From contig JBAZKM010000004.1 of the NCBI GenBank assembly GCA_041650805.1, positions 41,636-105,635 of the forward strand: a DNA stretch of 64,000 nt, given 5' to 3'. The notes beneath the pieces are model-generated. The model did no database searches. It had not been told where the DNA came from and saw only the letters and a program-made list of their open reading frames with translations. Below are positions 9,717 through 19,717 of the stretch, piece by piece. A program made the translations under genes and the position numbers. Source of the DNA: Candidatus Omnitrophota bacterium. GTDB lineage: Bacteria > Omnitrophota > Gorgyraeia > 2-01-FULL-45-10. The stretch's first letter is position 1. Every line of letters starts with the position of its first letter.

Positions 9717-11153
9717 TTATTCGCCCCTCATGAACGCCAGAAGACCTATCATATTCCGTTTTACGTCTTCCATCGAACGGATCCTTGAGATCCTTTTAAC
9801 TATATAAGAGGGACGAAAATAAAATTTTTTGTAGCTTTTGTCCAGGAGGTCTTCCAGCTGCCGGCGCGTCATCGAATCGGGGACATAGCCGACCTTCAGC
9901 GCGCTATGGTCCTCAAAATCGAATTCTTCGTCACCGCTGACCATATTGAATACCTCTGTCCCGGGAAAGAGCGCCAGCGAACTGAATGCCGCGTAATCCA
10001 GGTCGAGGTCGCATGCGAATTTTATCGTCTCCAGCCCTTCTTCGTACGTTTCGCCGGGTATACCGAAGATCATCGTGCCGTGCGCCTCGATACCCGCCTC
10101 CTTTGTCATCTTCACCGCATTCCTGGTCTGCTCCAGGGTGATCCCCTTCTTCATTATATCGAGGACCCTCTGCGAGCCGCTTTCTATGCCGAAAAGGAGG
10201 CGCCAGCATCCGGCCGCCTTCATCTTCTTCAGCATCTCTTCGTCCAGGCAATCCGCCCGCGCGTTGGCCGCCCATACGAGGTCGTACTTTCTCCTGATCA
10301 GCTCGTCGCATAACTGGAGGTTCCTGTCCCTGAACATGGTGAACGTCTCGTCATAGAAGGTCATATCCTTTATACCGTACCGCTTGACGAGTATGTCGAT
10401 CTCGTCCATTATACTCTTTACGCTCCTCTTTCTGACGACGCAGCTCGAATGGCAGAATATGCACCGGAACGGGCACCCCCTTGAACCTATTATGTCTATC
10501 GCCGGGAGCCGTTTGTAATTTGTGAGGGTGGGCCTGTACCTGTATATGTCGACACCGTCCCAATCCGGGAAGGGTATGTCGTCGATGTTCATTATGTAAT
10601 CGGGCCCGCCGTTATCGACGACCTTCGAGGTCCCGGCGTCTTTCCACGCGAGCCCGTTTATGCCGTCCAGCGGCTTATTGCCGCCGAGGCGCTCGACCAG
10701 GCCAAGCAGCGCATTTTCGCCGTCTCCGTATACCATATAATCTATGAACGGGCTGTCCTTAAAGCAGTTGGTCTTCCATCCGTTCGCGTGCGGCCCGCCG
10801 ATCACTATCCCGGTGCCGGGGAACCTCTTCTTCGTCTTCTCTATCATGAGCTGATCATCGCGCCATCCCGCGCTGTACGTAGATATCCCGAAAAGGCCGT
10901 AGCCGCCCGTCTCCATCTCCCGGAATATCTCTTCTTCCGTCGCGAACATCCCGTTCAATATCCTGGCTTCGTGGCCCGCCCTTTTCAATGCGGCGCTCAG
11001 ATACATCAACCCGAGCGGCGGGAAAGACCCCATTATCCCCTGCCCCTCCACCTTAAAGATCTTTCTTATGAAGCCCAGCCGGTCCTTGGTGGAAAAGAAC
11101 GGGTTGGTCATCTTCGAAAAATCCCAGGGGGTCGTAAAGAGGAGCACTTTCAT
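9717..11153 (-). CDS. B12-binding domain radical SAM protein
   Basis: N-terminal cobalamin-binding Rossmann region, then CPFRCIFC (CxxxCxxC) radical SAM cluster motif. Start set at MKVLLF. Confidence 0.75.
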   Translation of the reverse strand: MKVLLFTTPWDFSKMTNPFFSTKDRLGFIRKIFKVEGQGIMGSFPPLGLMYLSAALKRAGHEARILNGMFATEEEIFREMETGGYGLFGISTYSAGWRDDQLMIEKTKKRFPGTGIVIGGPHANGWKTNCFKDSPFIDYMVYGDGENALLGLVERLGGNKPLDGINGLAWKDAGTSKVVDNGGPDYIMNIDDIPFPDWDGVDIYRYRPTLTNYKRLPAIDIIGSRGCPFRCIFCHSSCVVRKRSVKSIMDEIDILVKRYGIKDMTFYDETFTMFRDRNLQLCDELIRRKYDLVWAANARADCLDEEMLKKMKAAGCWRLLFGIESGSQRVLDIMKKGITLEQTRNAVKMTKEAGIEAHGTMIFGIPGETYEEGLETIKFACDLDLDYAAFSSLALFPGTEVFNMVSGDEEFDFEDHSALKVGYVPDSMTRRQLEDLLDKSYKKFYFRPSYIVKRISRIRSMEDVKRNMIGLLAFMRGE

Positions 11154-11154
11154 G

Positions 11155-12156
11155 TCATCGCCCCGCAAATAGTGATCTCGCCATACCCAGGCATCCCGCA
11201 ACGCTTATCAGCAGAGAAAAAAACAGGTTCATGGCTACCGTATACAGCATGAACAGGAGACCGTATTCCCTGGCCGCCGTTATGAAGATGCCGAGGTGAG
11301 AAGCGGAATACGCCAGGAAGAGGAGTAACGCGATGACGAACGTCGCCGTGATATGGAAGAATGAAAAGAGGAGAAGCGAGAGGAGCAGAAAACCGGCGGT
11401 CAGGCCGCCGAGGGCGGTACGAAAGACGTTCTTCTTTATATACGCCTGCCCGTAACCTTCTCCTCCGACCAGGCCCATCACGTGCAGAGTCCGGCGGAAA
11501 TAGTCCTTACAAAGTTTTTTAAAACCGGCGAAGTGGTGCCTTGTAACTATATCCGCGTCTGCTATCATATTATACCCGCCTTTTACCAGCACCAGGGCAA
11601 GTTTATCCTGTTCGACATCCGCGCCCTTTATCTTCTCGTCAAAACCGCCCACCTTCTCGAAGACCTTTCTCTTGATACCCTCTATCCCCCCGCCTATGAT
11701 CACCTGTCTTATGGGCCCTTTCTTCTGTTCCGCGGTGAATATGAGGTCGTAATAATACGAATGGTCGGCTATGGCCCTGTACCTCTGGGCCCATCCGTCG
11801 TTAAGCGGCCTTACGGAGTATATGCCCGTGACATAATCGACGTCGTCCCTTGTCAGATGCCCGTAGATCTTTCTCAGCGTATCCTTAAAAAATACCACAT
11901 CGGAATCTATGAATACGAGCAGGCCGCCCAGGGCCGCTTTTGCCCCGGCGTTCCTGGCGGCGGCCGCCCCTTTATTCTCCTGGCGTATGACCCTGACACC
12001 CAGGTCTTTTATCTTTTCTGCGGTGCCGTCCGCGGAGCCGTCGTCCACCACTATGACCTCGAATTCCTTATCAAGGTCGGAATCGAGGACGGAGAGCGCG
12101 GCCTCCCTTATGGTATTTTCGGCATTATAGGCCGCGATGATGACGGATATTTCCAT
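11155..12156 (-). CDS. family 2 glycosyltransferase with C-terminal transmembrane segment
   Basis: MEISVIIAAYNAENTI...VIVVDDGSADGT...DSD GT2 motifs. Hydrophobic C-terminus. Confidence 0.7.
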   Translation of the reverse strand: MEISVIIAAYNAENTIREAALSVLDSDLDKEFEVIVVDDGSADGTAEKIKDLGVRVIRQENKGAAAARNAGAKAALGGLLVFIDSDVVFFKDTLRKIYGHLTRDDVDYVTGIYSVRPLNDGWAQRYRAIADHSYYYDLIFTAEQKKGPIRQVIIGGGIEGIKRKVFEKVGGFDEKIKGADVEQDKLALVLVKGGYNMIADADIVTRHHFAGFKKLCKDYFRRTLHVMGLVGGEGYGQAYIKKNVFRTALGGLTAGFLLLSLLLFSFFHITATFVIALLLFLAYSASHLGIFITAAREYGLLFMLYTVAMNLFFSLLISVAGCLGMARSLFAGR

Positions 12157-12244
12157 ATTTATTCTGCATCCCTTTGATTATTATACTCGACGACGAAACT
12201 ACGTCAATCACAATCTGCCCCGGCCATAGCATATGGAGCGGCTT

Positions 12245-13834
12245 TCAGCGCTCACCCCCAAGGGCCTCTTTTATATCGGGATGCCGCCCTAAGAATGAAG
12301 AGGCGAGGGACGGCTTCTCCCGGTACAGCTCCCTGTAAAGGGCTATGGCATTGTCCAATTCCCCCATCTTCCAGTATGTCCAGGCAAGCCAGCTCCTTAC
12401 AAATACGGATCCCGGTTTTATGGCCAAGGCCTTCTCCAGAAATTTTGCCGCTTCGCGGTAGTGCTTGGCAAGATAGCTGGCAGTGCCGGTATACACATGG
12501 AACATATTCTTGCTGTCCAGGCCGAGCGCCTTCTTCATCTCATCGATATCGCGCAGCTTATCCCACCTCCACTTTTCCCGTGGGGCCAGCAGGTTATTCT
12601 TGTATAGGATATTAACGACCTCGAGCGCCATAAGGGCCTGCCCCTCCGGCGACGGGTGTATCTGATCTACGGTGAGGTCATCACCGACTATGCCGTTCGC
12701 GGAATTCTCTTCGAACACCTTTTGGGTCTGTATGACATCGACCCCTTTCATGCCGGCCATCCTTATATTCTCATAAAGCCGGTTTACAAGCGAAGGGGCG
12801 TGGATGGGGAAATAATCATTGTCGTTCGCCAGCACATAGTTGGCGTTGGCCTTATCGGATTCCCCGAGCCGTTCGTAACATTCCGCCGCCCTGTAGTAGG
12901 TGAGCGCGTATGAAGGATCGATATTTATGCACCTGCCGTATAACTCGAGCGCCTTGCCGTACTCTTTCCCGGCAAAGAGACCTTCCGCTTCCGAAAAATA
13001 TCCCTCCCACGATGCAAGGGCATCCTTATCAACGGAGGCGCCGTGGATAGACCTGACCGGCTCATACCCCTTCCACCGGGACAGCCCTTCGAAAAATATG
13101 ACCGGGATGCCGTGCAGACGCGCCGTTTCGATGATCCTGCCCACGTTCTTTTCGAAGTTCCGCGTGACCTCCCTGAACTGCAAAGACCCGGGACGGAGCA
13201 GGTTGGCGTCTTCCCTGAAGGCCTCCGGGCTGTCCGATTCCATGTACCACGGGTCTTCCGCCGCCGCTCTGGCGTCGCGTATCCTGCTGCGTTCGAGCTT
13301 CGCCCGGATCATAAGCCTGTTAAAGATGCTGAGAAGAGCGGACCTCTTTGGAACGGCCCCGAAGAAGTCCTCTATCCTGTGCAGTAACGGTTTTTTTGAA
13401 GAATACCTGAGCCTGTATTCAACGAGGCAAAAATCGTTGTGCACCGTATAGAATACCGCAAGGTCGGGTTTGTAGGGGATCGTCTCCGCGAAGGCGTTGG
13501 CAATAAAGCTGCTGTCCGCCCCCATCCTGCCGAAGTTGACTACGGTGATATCCCTCATGACGTCTTCCGGCAGAAGGTCTGACAGGTAGAGCCTCAGCCA
13601 CTTCCCTATCACCGAACTGGGATATAGCGCCCCTCCGTGCATCGTAGATTCGCCGTACAGGAATATACGGAATTCGCGCGCCTTTTTGTGCCGGGTCAGG
13701 TTGTGTTCGATTATACGCCGTTCAATGTAGTCATAGGAAGACGGTGATGTGAAGACCCTGCTCACGAGCTCCGCGGACCCGAAGATCGCGATGATGATGA
13801 TCGCGCTGAACATTATATTTTTATAGGCCTTCAT
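12245..13834 (-). CDS. SGNH/GDSL-like hydrolase domain fused to C-terminal TPR repeats
   Basis: N-terminal TM anchor, FLYGESTMHGG (GDS-like) block. TPR repeats toward the C-terminus. Confidence 0.5.
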   Translation of the reverse strand: MKAYKNIMFSAIIIIAIFGSAELVSRVFTSPSSYDYIERRIIEHNLTRHKKAREFRIFLYGESTMHGGALYPSSVIGKWLRLYLSDLLPEDVMRDITVVNFGRMGADSSFIANAFAETIPYKPDLAVFYTVHNDFCLVEYRLRYSSKKPLLHRIEDFFGAVPKRSALLSIFNRLMIRAKLERSRIRDARAAAEDPWYMESDSPEAFREDANLLRPGSLQFREVTRNFEKNVGRIIETARLHGIPVIFFEGLSRWKGYEPVRSIHGASVDKDALASWEGYFSEAEGLFAGKEYGKALELYGRCINIDPSYALTYYRAAECYERLGESDKANANYVLANDNDYFPIHAPSLVNRLYENIRMAGMKGVDVIQTQKVFEENSANGIVGDDLTVDQIHPSPEGQALMALEVVNILYKNNLLAPREKWRWDKLRDIDEMKKALGLDSKNMFHVYTGTASYLAKHYREAAKFLEKALAIKPGSVFVRSWLAWTYWKMGELDNAIALYRELYREKPSLASSFLGRHPDIKEALGGER

Positions 13835-14753
13835 AGGATCGGCTCCATATGCCGGCTAGTATGGCGGCGCTTATGATGCACCAGGTGGCGAAGAGGGCAT
13901 TGGGTATAGCGGCCTCCGGCGATGCGTACTTGATGGCGAGGACCGCGCCCAGGCCCGCATTCTGCATGCCCACGCCTATAGCGAGGGTGCGGCACTGCCT
14001 CTTATCGAACCTGAAGAGCACGCCTGCCCAGTATCCCAGGAAGAGCCCCGAGAAGTTAAGCAGCGCGACCGCGGCAAAGGCGATGCCCGTAATGCGCTCG
14101 AGCGATCCCCTGTTCAGCGCCACTACAAGGCCGCAGATGAATGCTATGAATAAGGTGGAAAATGCCGGAAATACCGGCCTCATCTTTTCGATATGCCCGG
14201 GAAAACGATGCCTCACGATGAGCCCGGCAAAGAGAGGGATTATGACCATGAGCATTATGCTCTGCATCATGGGCCAGAATTGGACCGGGATATACTCGCG
14301 GGCAAAGAGGTATGTAAGCATCGGCGTTACGACCGGCGAGATGAGCGTGGTGCCTGTCGTAAGCGCGACGGACAGGGCCACATCCGCCTCCGCTATATAC
14401 GACATCACGCCCGCGGCCATGGCGTCGGGAACGGCGCCTGCGAGGATAAGGCCGAAGGCAAGGGCAGGCGGGAGGTCGAGGACCCGCGCTATTACAAAAG
14501 CGGCGGCCGGCATTATGGTGAACTGCGCAAGTATGCCGAGAAGGAGATACCGGGGCCTTTTAAAGATGGGCTCGAAGTCCTTCATCGAAAGGAGGGCGCC
14601 TATACCGAACATGGTGCAGGCGAAGAACCACTCCATGAACGGTTTGAGCGGCGTAAAGGCCTGCGGGAAGAGATAGGCCATGGCTACGGAGAGCACCACC
14701 CAGACGACCAGGTACCTGGTAAAATAACCGGCTATCCTGTTAATATGGCTCAT
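13821..14753 (-). CDS. bile acid:sodium symporter (BASS/SBF) family transporter
   Basis: About 9-10 TM helices. MQNAGLG and other SBF family blocks. Confidence 0.65.
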   Translation of the reverse strand: MSHINRIAGYFTRYLVVWVVLSVAMAYLFPQAFTPLKPFMEWFFACTMFGIGALLSMKDFEPIFKRPRYLLLGILAQFTIMPAAAFVIARVLDLPPALAFGLILAGAVPDAMAAGVMSYIAEADVALSVALTTGTTLISPVVTPMLTYLFAREYIPVQFWPMMQSIMLMVIIPLFAGLIVRHRFPGHIEKMRPVFPAFSTLFIAFICGLVVALNRGSLERITGIAFAAVALLNFSGLFLGYWAGVLFRFDKRQCRTLAIGVGMQNAGLGAVLAIKYASPEAAIPNALFATWCIISAAILAGIWSRSYEGL

Positions 14754-14799
14754 GACTTACCATATTATAGCACAGAATACGTATTCTTTATGCTATACT

Positions 14800-16278
14800 A
14801 TGGTCCATATGAGACATGCCTGGAACGTCTTTCTGGCGATATTTTTTGCCGGGGTTGTGTCGCTTATACTGGAACTTTCCATCCTCAGGGAATTCACCTA
14901 CGTATTCGGGGCATCATCATTCTCCAACGCTTTCATCATATCTCTCTTCCTGACCGGGCTGGCCGGCGGGACGTATCTTGGCTCCTGGGATAAGTTCAGG
15001 GCAAAGACCCCGGGATCTCCCGCTCTGCAATTTTCATTCTTCCAGTTCCTGGCGATCGTATTCATACTCCTTTTCTATATAACAAAAAAGTATTTCGTTT
15101 ATATCTGCCCGCATAAGGGGGCCGTGATAATCTATTTCGTGGCTTCCACCCTGATCCCGTCGCTGATCGCCGGCCTTACCTACGCCGTTTCGGTGGAGAT
15201 ATTATACGACAAAGGCGAAAAATACATAAAATATATATATGCATTCAGCACCCTCGGCAGCGTCTTTGGGGGCATATCCCACGGTATATTTTTTGTGCCG
15301 TTCTTCGGGATGAAATCGACTTATATCTTCGCGGCCGTATTTGCCGCAGCCGCCCTCTTATTCATGCTCCCGTTCACCAGGCGCCTTCTGATGCTCACAA
15401 CCCTCATCTTCGTGGCCGCGGTCGTCCTTATCATATTGAGCGATCGTTTTACGATCTGTCATAGTTTTAAGAACCTGCTCTTCACCGGGAATAGCCAGTT
15501 CGGCCCCGTGGAGATATGGCAGACGGAAAGCGGCGCCGTCGATATGCGGGTCAACCGTGTACACCAATACTTCAGTTATGACTGGGACACACAAAGGCAC
15601 AGGCAATGGGCGGAAACGACGCTGGAGATAGTGGACCGGCCGTGCAACGTGCTCCTTCTGGGATACGGGAGCGGCGTGAGTTCGGCGGCTTTTTTAGGAT
15701 CGCCCCTTGTAAAGAGAGTGGATACGGTCGAGAATTGCCTGCCTGTCATAGAAGCAAGCAGGGAGGTCTTCCCCGGGGAATATGCGTCGGTTTCCCGGGA
15801 CCCGCGGTCGCATATCATCATACAGGATTTCCGCAGCTACATAAGGTTCACGAAAATAAAATACGATATTATCACGCTCGACCACAGTATCGCGGACCCT
15901 GTATACCACGGTTTTTTTACCACCGATTTCTTTGACAGGTTAAAGGATATAATGAACCCCGGCGGGGTCATAGCATTGCTGGGCCTGGGTATATCGCGCA
16001 ATACCACCTCTTCGTCGTTCAATTATGTCTACAGGAACATCGATCCTGACAAGGAGCCGGGCTTTCGCAGGGGGGTCAACTTCCTGATGATGGAAAAGAT
16101 CGGCGGGAAGGCGGCGGGCAATTACGAGCAGGTCGAAAAGGAACGGTTTTCAGGCGAACCTGTCTATTCGGACGACGACGTGCAGGGCATGGACTTGAAC
16201 GAGATGGGCCGGGTATTCAGGTCAAGACTGAGCCATTTTTTATCATTCCGGGGCAGGATAGCCGCAATGCCGCGCTGA
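14800..16278 (+). CDS. membrane-anchored spermidine synthase-like aminopropyltransferase
   Basis: N-terminal multi-TM domain, then LLLGYGSGVSSAAFL...IIQDFRSY...KYDIITLD SpeE-like fold. The start is ambiguous (the ORF opens at 14752; internal Mets at 14800/14809). Confidence 0.55.
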   Translation: MVHMRHAWNVFLAIFFAGVVSLILELSILREFTYVFGASSFSNAFIISLFLTGLAGGTYLGSWDKFRAKTPGSPALQFSFFQFLAIVFILLFYITKKYFVYICPHKGAVIIYFVASTLIPSLIAGLTYAVSVEILYDKGEKYIKYIYAFSTLGSVFGGISHGIFFVPFFGMKSTYIFAAVFAAAALLFMLPFTRRLLMLTTLIFVAAVVLIILSDRFTICHSFKNLLFTGNSQFGPVEIWQTESGAVDMRVNRVHQYFSYDWDTQRHRQWAETTLEIVDRPCNVLLLGYGSGVSSAAFLGSPLVKRVDTVENCLPVIEASREVFPGEYASVSRDPRSHIIIQDFRSYIRFTKIKYDIITLDHSIADPVYHGFFTTDFFDRLKDIMNPGGVIALLGLGISRNTTSSSFNYVYRNIDPDKEPGFRRGVNFLMMEKIGGKAAGNYEQVEKERFSGEPVYSDDDVQGMDLNEMGRVFRSRLSHFLSFRGRIAAMPR

Positions 16279-16324
16279 TCTGCAAGCCGGCCGAAACAAC
16301 GCGGGGCACCCGCCTACCCTGCCT

Positions 16325-16684
16325 TCACTTCGCAAAGATCGTATAGGCCGCGACGACCGCCAGGAAGATCCCGAACGCCTTTCTAAGGGCGATATTGGAG
16401 AACCATTCCGCTATCGTTGCGCCTAAGAACCCTCCTATAAGGAAACCCACGCAGATGAACGCGGCTATATAAAAATGGACATGGCCGCTATTGTAGTACT
16501 TTATCACCGCGAGAAGCCCTATGGGTAGGAGCATGATGGCAAGCGTCGTCCCCTGCGCCTCATGCTGTGTCAGCCCGGCAAGAAAGACGAGGCCGGGGAT
16601 CAGTATCGTCCCGCCGCCTATACCGAACATGCCGGAGAACGTCCCGGCGGTAAGCCCCAGGATAAGATACAGGATCTCTTTCAT
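16325..16684 (-). CDS. TauE/SafE (DUF81) family membrane protein, half-size
   Basis: GMFGIGGGTILIPGLVFLAG motif; 4 TM helices. Confidence 0.6.
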   Translation of the reverse strand: MKEILYLILGLTAGTFSGMFGIGGGTILIPGLVFLAGLTQHEAQGTTLAIMLLPIGLLAVIKYYNSGHVHFYIAAFICVGFLIGGFLGATIAEWFSNIALRKAFGIFLAVVAAYTIFAK

Positions 16685-16782
16685 AGTCCGCCCTTTCTTC
16701 GATTTTCAGTGCTCATGATATTTTACCGGTCTAATTATAACATGCCGGGCGCTCTCTATGGGGGTAAAATCTCCTATTTTTA

Positions 16783-16811
16783 TTGACTATATTTTCCTGC
16801 GATAGTAATGT
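16783..16811 (+). promoter_or_regulatory. putative sigma70-type promoter for the downstream TMTC-like gene
   Basis: TTGACT (16783-16788), 17-nt spacer, TAATGT (16806-16811). Sits 37 nt upstream of the ATG at 16848. Confidence 0.35.
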
Positions 16812-16847
16812 AATGTCTGGCATACGAAGGAAAATATCGACCGAAGC

Positions 16848-18371
16848 ATGAAAAACGACCATAGCATCTCAGGATACACGCCGGCGCTTCTTGCCATCGG
16901 CATAGTTGCCGTGACCGCCGTTATTTACCACAGTGCGCTATGCGCGGGATTCGTGAACTGGGACGACTCCGTCTACGTCATCAACAACAAGCTGGTCCGC
17001 TCGCTCGCGCCCTCCAATATAGCCCGCATGTGGACCTCCTTTAACGGGGGCTTCTATATACCTCTCGTATGGCTTACGTATGCTGTGACGTACCATTTCT
17101 GGGGGCTCGATCCGCGGATGTACCATCTCGTCAATGTCGCCTTTCACTGCGCGAACGCGGCCCTCGTCTTTATCCTGTTCCGGCGGCTTCTGGCCGTCTC
17201 CGGGCATCGCGACGGATCGGCCCTGCCTGGCCGGGGGACCGGCCTCGCCATCGCGGGCCTTGCCGCGGTCCTCTGGAGTATCCACCCGCTCCGCGTTGAG
17301 AGTGTCGCGTGGGTCACGGAAATGAAGGATGTGGGATGTACCTTCTTCTTTCTATTGAGCCTGCTCGCCTATGTAAGGTACGCGGCCGCCCCGGCGCGCA
17401 ATATGGTATTCGGCGGCATGTCGCTCCTATTCTTCATGCTCTCGCTGCTGTATAAACAGACGGTCATCCTGCTCCCCCTCGTCATGCTCTGCCTCGATAA
17501 ATGGCCGCTCGGAAGGCTCGGACGGATCAAGGATGTCGCAGGTCTCCTCAGGGAAAAGGCGCCTTTCTTCATACTCTCGATCGTGTCCGGGGTCATGCTC
17601 TATGTGGCCCATTCAACCGTGGTGGGTATAACGCCGATAAAGGATATCCCTCTCTCCTTCAGGGTCATGAACGCCTTCCACTCCGCCTTCTTCTATCTGG
17701 CCAAGACCTTCCTGCCCGTAGGGCTATTCCCGCTCTACCCGATACTGCGCCCCCACGAGACCGCCTTCTCTTTCGAGAACGTACTGTCGTGCATCCTCGT
17801 CATCCTCATCTCGGCCGCATCTTTCATATGGGGCAGGGGCAGAAGGTCGTATATCCCGGTGGCATGGCTCATATACCTCTTCACCCTGGTCCCCTCCATA
17901 GGGATAGTGCAGTCGGGCCGCCAGGCGGCGGCAGACCGTTTTTCATACATCCCGGCCATGAGCATCACGTTCCTGGTGAGCGCTGCCATCATCTCATTCC
18001 CGTCGCTATTTAAACGCCGTATCCATGCGCGGATAGCCCGCGCGGCGGTGATCGCAATGATCCCCATCCTGCTTATCACGCTCGGCATCTTGACGGTGAA
18101 CCAGATATCGATCTGGAAGGACCCCATATCTCTGTGGAAACATGCCGCGCGGGGATATCCTGTCGATTCGTCGTTGATACACGGGAACCTGGCGGAGGCG
18201 TATATGGAGGCGGGTGAAACAGATAAGGCGATCGCGGAATACCGCATTGCGATATCGATAGATCCAAAGGAGGCAAAATTCCACCTGGGCCTCCTCAACG
18301 CTCTCCATAAGGCAAACAGACAGGATGAGGCCATGGCGGAACTGATGCAGGCCCTCTCATCGGGGAAATAG
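16848..18371 (+). CDS. TMTC/PMT-like GT-C membrane glycosyltransferase (DUF1736) with C-terminal TPR
   Basis: Multi-pass N-terminal domain (YHSALCAGFVNWDDSVYVINN) typical of bacterial TMTC-like proteins. TPR repeats at the C-terminus. Confidence 0.55.
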   Translation: MKNDHSISGYTPALLAIGIVAVTAVIYHSALCAGFVNWDDSVYVINNKLVRSLAPSNIARMWTSFNGGFYIPLVWLTYAVTYHFWGLDPRMYHLVNVAFHCANAALVFILFRRLLAVSGHRDGSALPGRGTGLAIAGLAAVLWSIHPLRVESVAWVTEMKDVGCTFFFLLSLLAYVRYAAAPARNMVFGGMSLLFFMLSLLYKQTVILLPLVMLCLDKWPLGRLGRIKDVAGLLREKAPFFILSIVSGVMLYVAHSTVVGITPIKDIPLSFRVMNAFHSAFFYLAKTFLPVGLFPLYPILRPHETAFSFENVLSCILVILISAASFIWGRGRRSYIPVAWLIYLFTLVPSIGIVQSGRQAAADRFSYIPAMSITFLVSAAIISFPSLFKRRIHARIARAAVIAMIPILLITLGILTVNQISIWKDPISLWKHAARGYPVDSSLIHGNLAEAYMEAGETDKAIAEYRIAISIDPKEAKFHLGLLNALHKANRQDEAMAELMQALSSGK

Positions 18372-18382
18372 AAGAGACGTTT

Positions 18383-18467
18383 TCCGATCTTATCGGGAAA
18401 CTGTCTGTCGAAACAGCCGGCTAAACAGTCGACGGGTACACCTTCCCGAAGAAAACGGAAAACGTCT
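18383..18467. terminator. long imperfect palindrome between convergent genes (possible bidirectional terminator)
   Basis: AGAGACGTTTTCCG (18383-18396) pairs perfectly with CGGAAAACGTCTCT (18454-18467). Inner pair ATCGGGAA/TTCCCGA. Confidence 0.35.
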
Positions 18468-18492
18468 CTAAGGACTTATCTGATTAAATATG

Positions 18493-19128
18493 CTATGAGA
18501 TTCTCTTTTTTCTTCTTGCCATTGCCATTGCTGCGGCACCAATACCGAATAGCACCATAGTGGCCGGCTCCGGGACAACTCCGGATGGATTTCCATAAGC
18601 CCTATACGCAAAGTCAAGATTATCGTTATCCGAATATGTGCCATAATTAGTAATTAAGGCTTCATCCGGTATCGGGTTTATTGGGTTTCTATCCATCGCG
18701 CCCGTATAAGTATCTCCTGTTCTTACTTCGAAAGCAACCCAATAATTACCGGCCGGCAACGCCCAATTTACGCCGCTTACACCATACCAGCCTGTAGCTG
18801 CTCCAACTAAAAAGTTCTGGTCATATAATTGGCTATTGACGTCTGGGATGATCCCTGAATAAATTCCATCACCATAAATTGCCAGGGTCGCTGTCCCGCT
18901 CACTTGAAGGTGTCTCCATCTTTGGTCTGTAAAGTGAGCTTCGATGTTAGTGAGCGAATAAGGGTCAGACAATGTAAACCTGGCGGCGTATCCTAAGCCG
19001 TTTTCCATATAACCATAGACTGCCGCATCGGGAGGGGTCCCCGTATCAAATATTACTGCCCCATAAGCCTGGCTCGAAATTAACAACATGGTAGCAAGCA
19101 GCGTATTTAATATTATTTTTATTCTCAT
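18493..19128 (-). CDS. PEP-CTERM sorting-domain secreted protein
   Basis: Signal peptide MRIKIILNTLLATMLLISSQAYG. C-terminal VPEPATMVLFGIGAAAMAMARRKKRIS (PEP motif + TM + basic tail). RBS AAGGGGG upstream of the chosen ATG. Confidence 0.7.
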   Translation of the reverse strand: MRIKIILNTLLATMLLISSQAYGAVIFDTGTPPDAAVYGYMENGLGYAARFTLSDPYSLTNIEAHFTDQRWRHLQVSGTATLAIYGDGIYSGIIPDVNSQLYDQNFLVGAATGWYGVSGVNWALPAGNYWVAFEVRTGDTYTGAMDRNPINPIPDEALITNYGTYSDNDNLDFAYRAYGNPSGVVPEPATMVLFGIGAAAMAMARRKKRIS

Positions 19129-19396
19129 CCCTACCCCCTTTTTATGATTGTTTCGATACCGCCATAACTGCCTTATATCATACAATCTAAATACAATATC
19201 TATACAAGCAATAACCGTGCCGATATCAGATACCTTCGTAATTGTTTAAAATGAGATTGGAAAGATGATAGGTATGCCATACTATGACGAGTATGGTGTT
19301 TAAGCGGCTATACACGTGACTAAAATCAGGGCTTGTATAAAAAGCTCGATGGGTCCACCAGGCAGCAGGGCACATTTAAGGATTGTGCCAATTTAC

Positions 19397-19717
19397 TCAA
19401 ACTTTTCGAGGGGACAGGTCTGGGATGCCATCCGGAACCGGTCTGGGATTGGTACGAGAACCGTCCCCGAAAACCGTGGATAAGTATATTCGGCCATCTG
19501 ACAAATGCCCAGTGTCTAATACACTAACGATATTGGCGTGTTCAGCGGCCTTGAGAATTTGTGCTTCATAAAAGAAATTTTTCTGATTAACAATTTTATC
19601 TTTGGGAATAAACTTAACCGCACATTCTGTATTTAATCCAGTGTCTATAGCCAACCAAACCTCTCCAAAATGACCAGAACCCAATTTTTCCTTTAATTCA
19701 AATTTATCTAGCGTCAT
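19397..19717 (-). pseudogene. truncated Ser/Thr protein kinase (N-lobe only)
   Basis: LGSGHFGEVW (Gly loop), AVKFI (beta3 Lys), EAQILK (alphaC Glu), HANIV. Kinase similarity ends after about 90 aa, where the GC content jumps from about 30% to about 60%. The reading frame continues into unrelated sequence. Confidence 0.5.
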
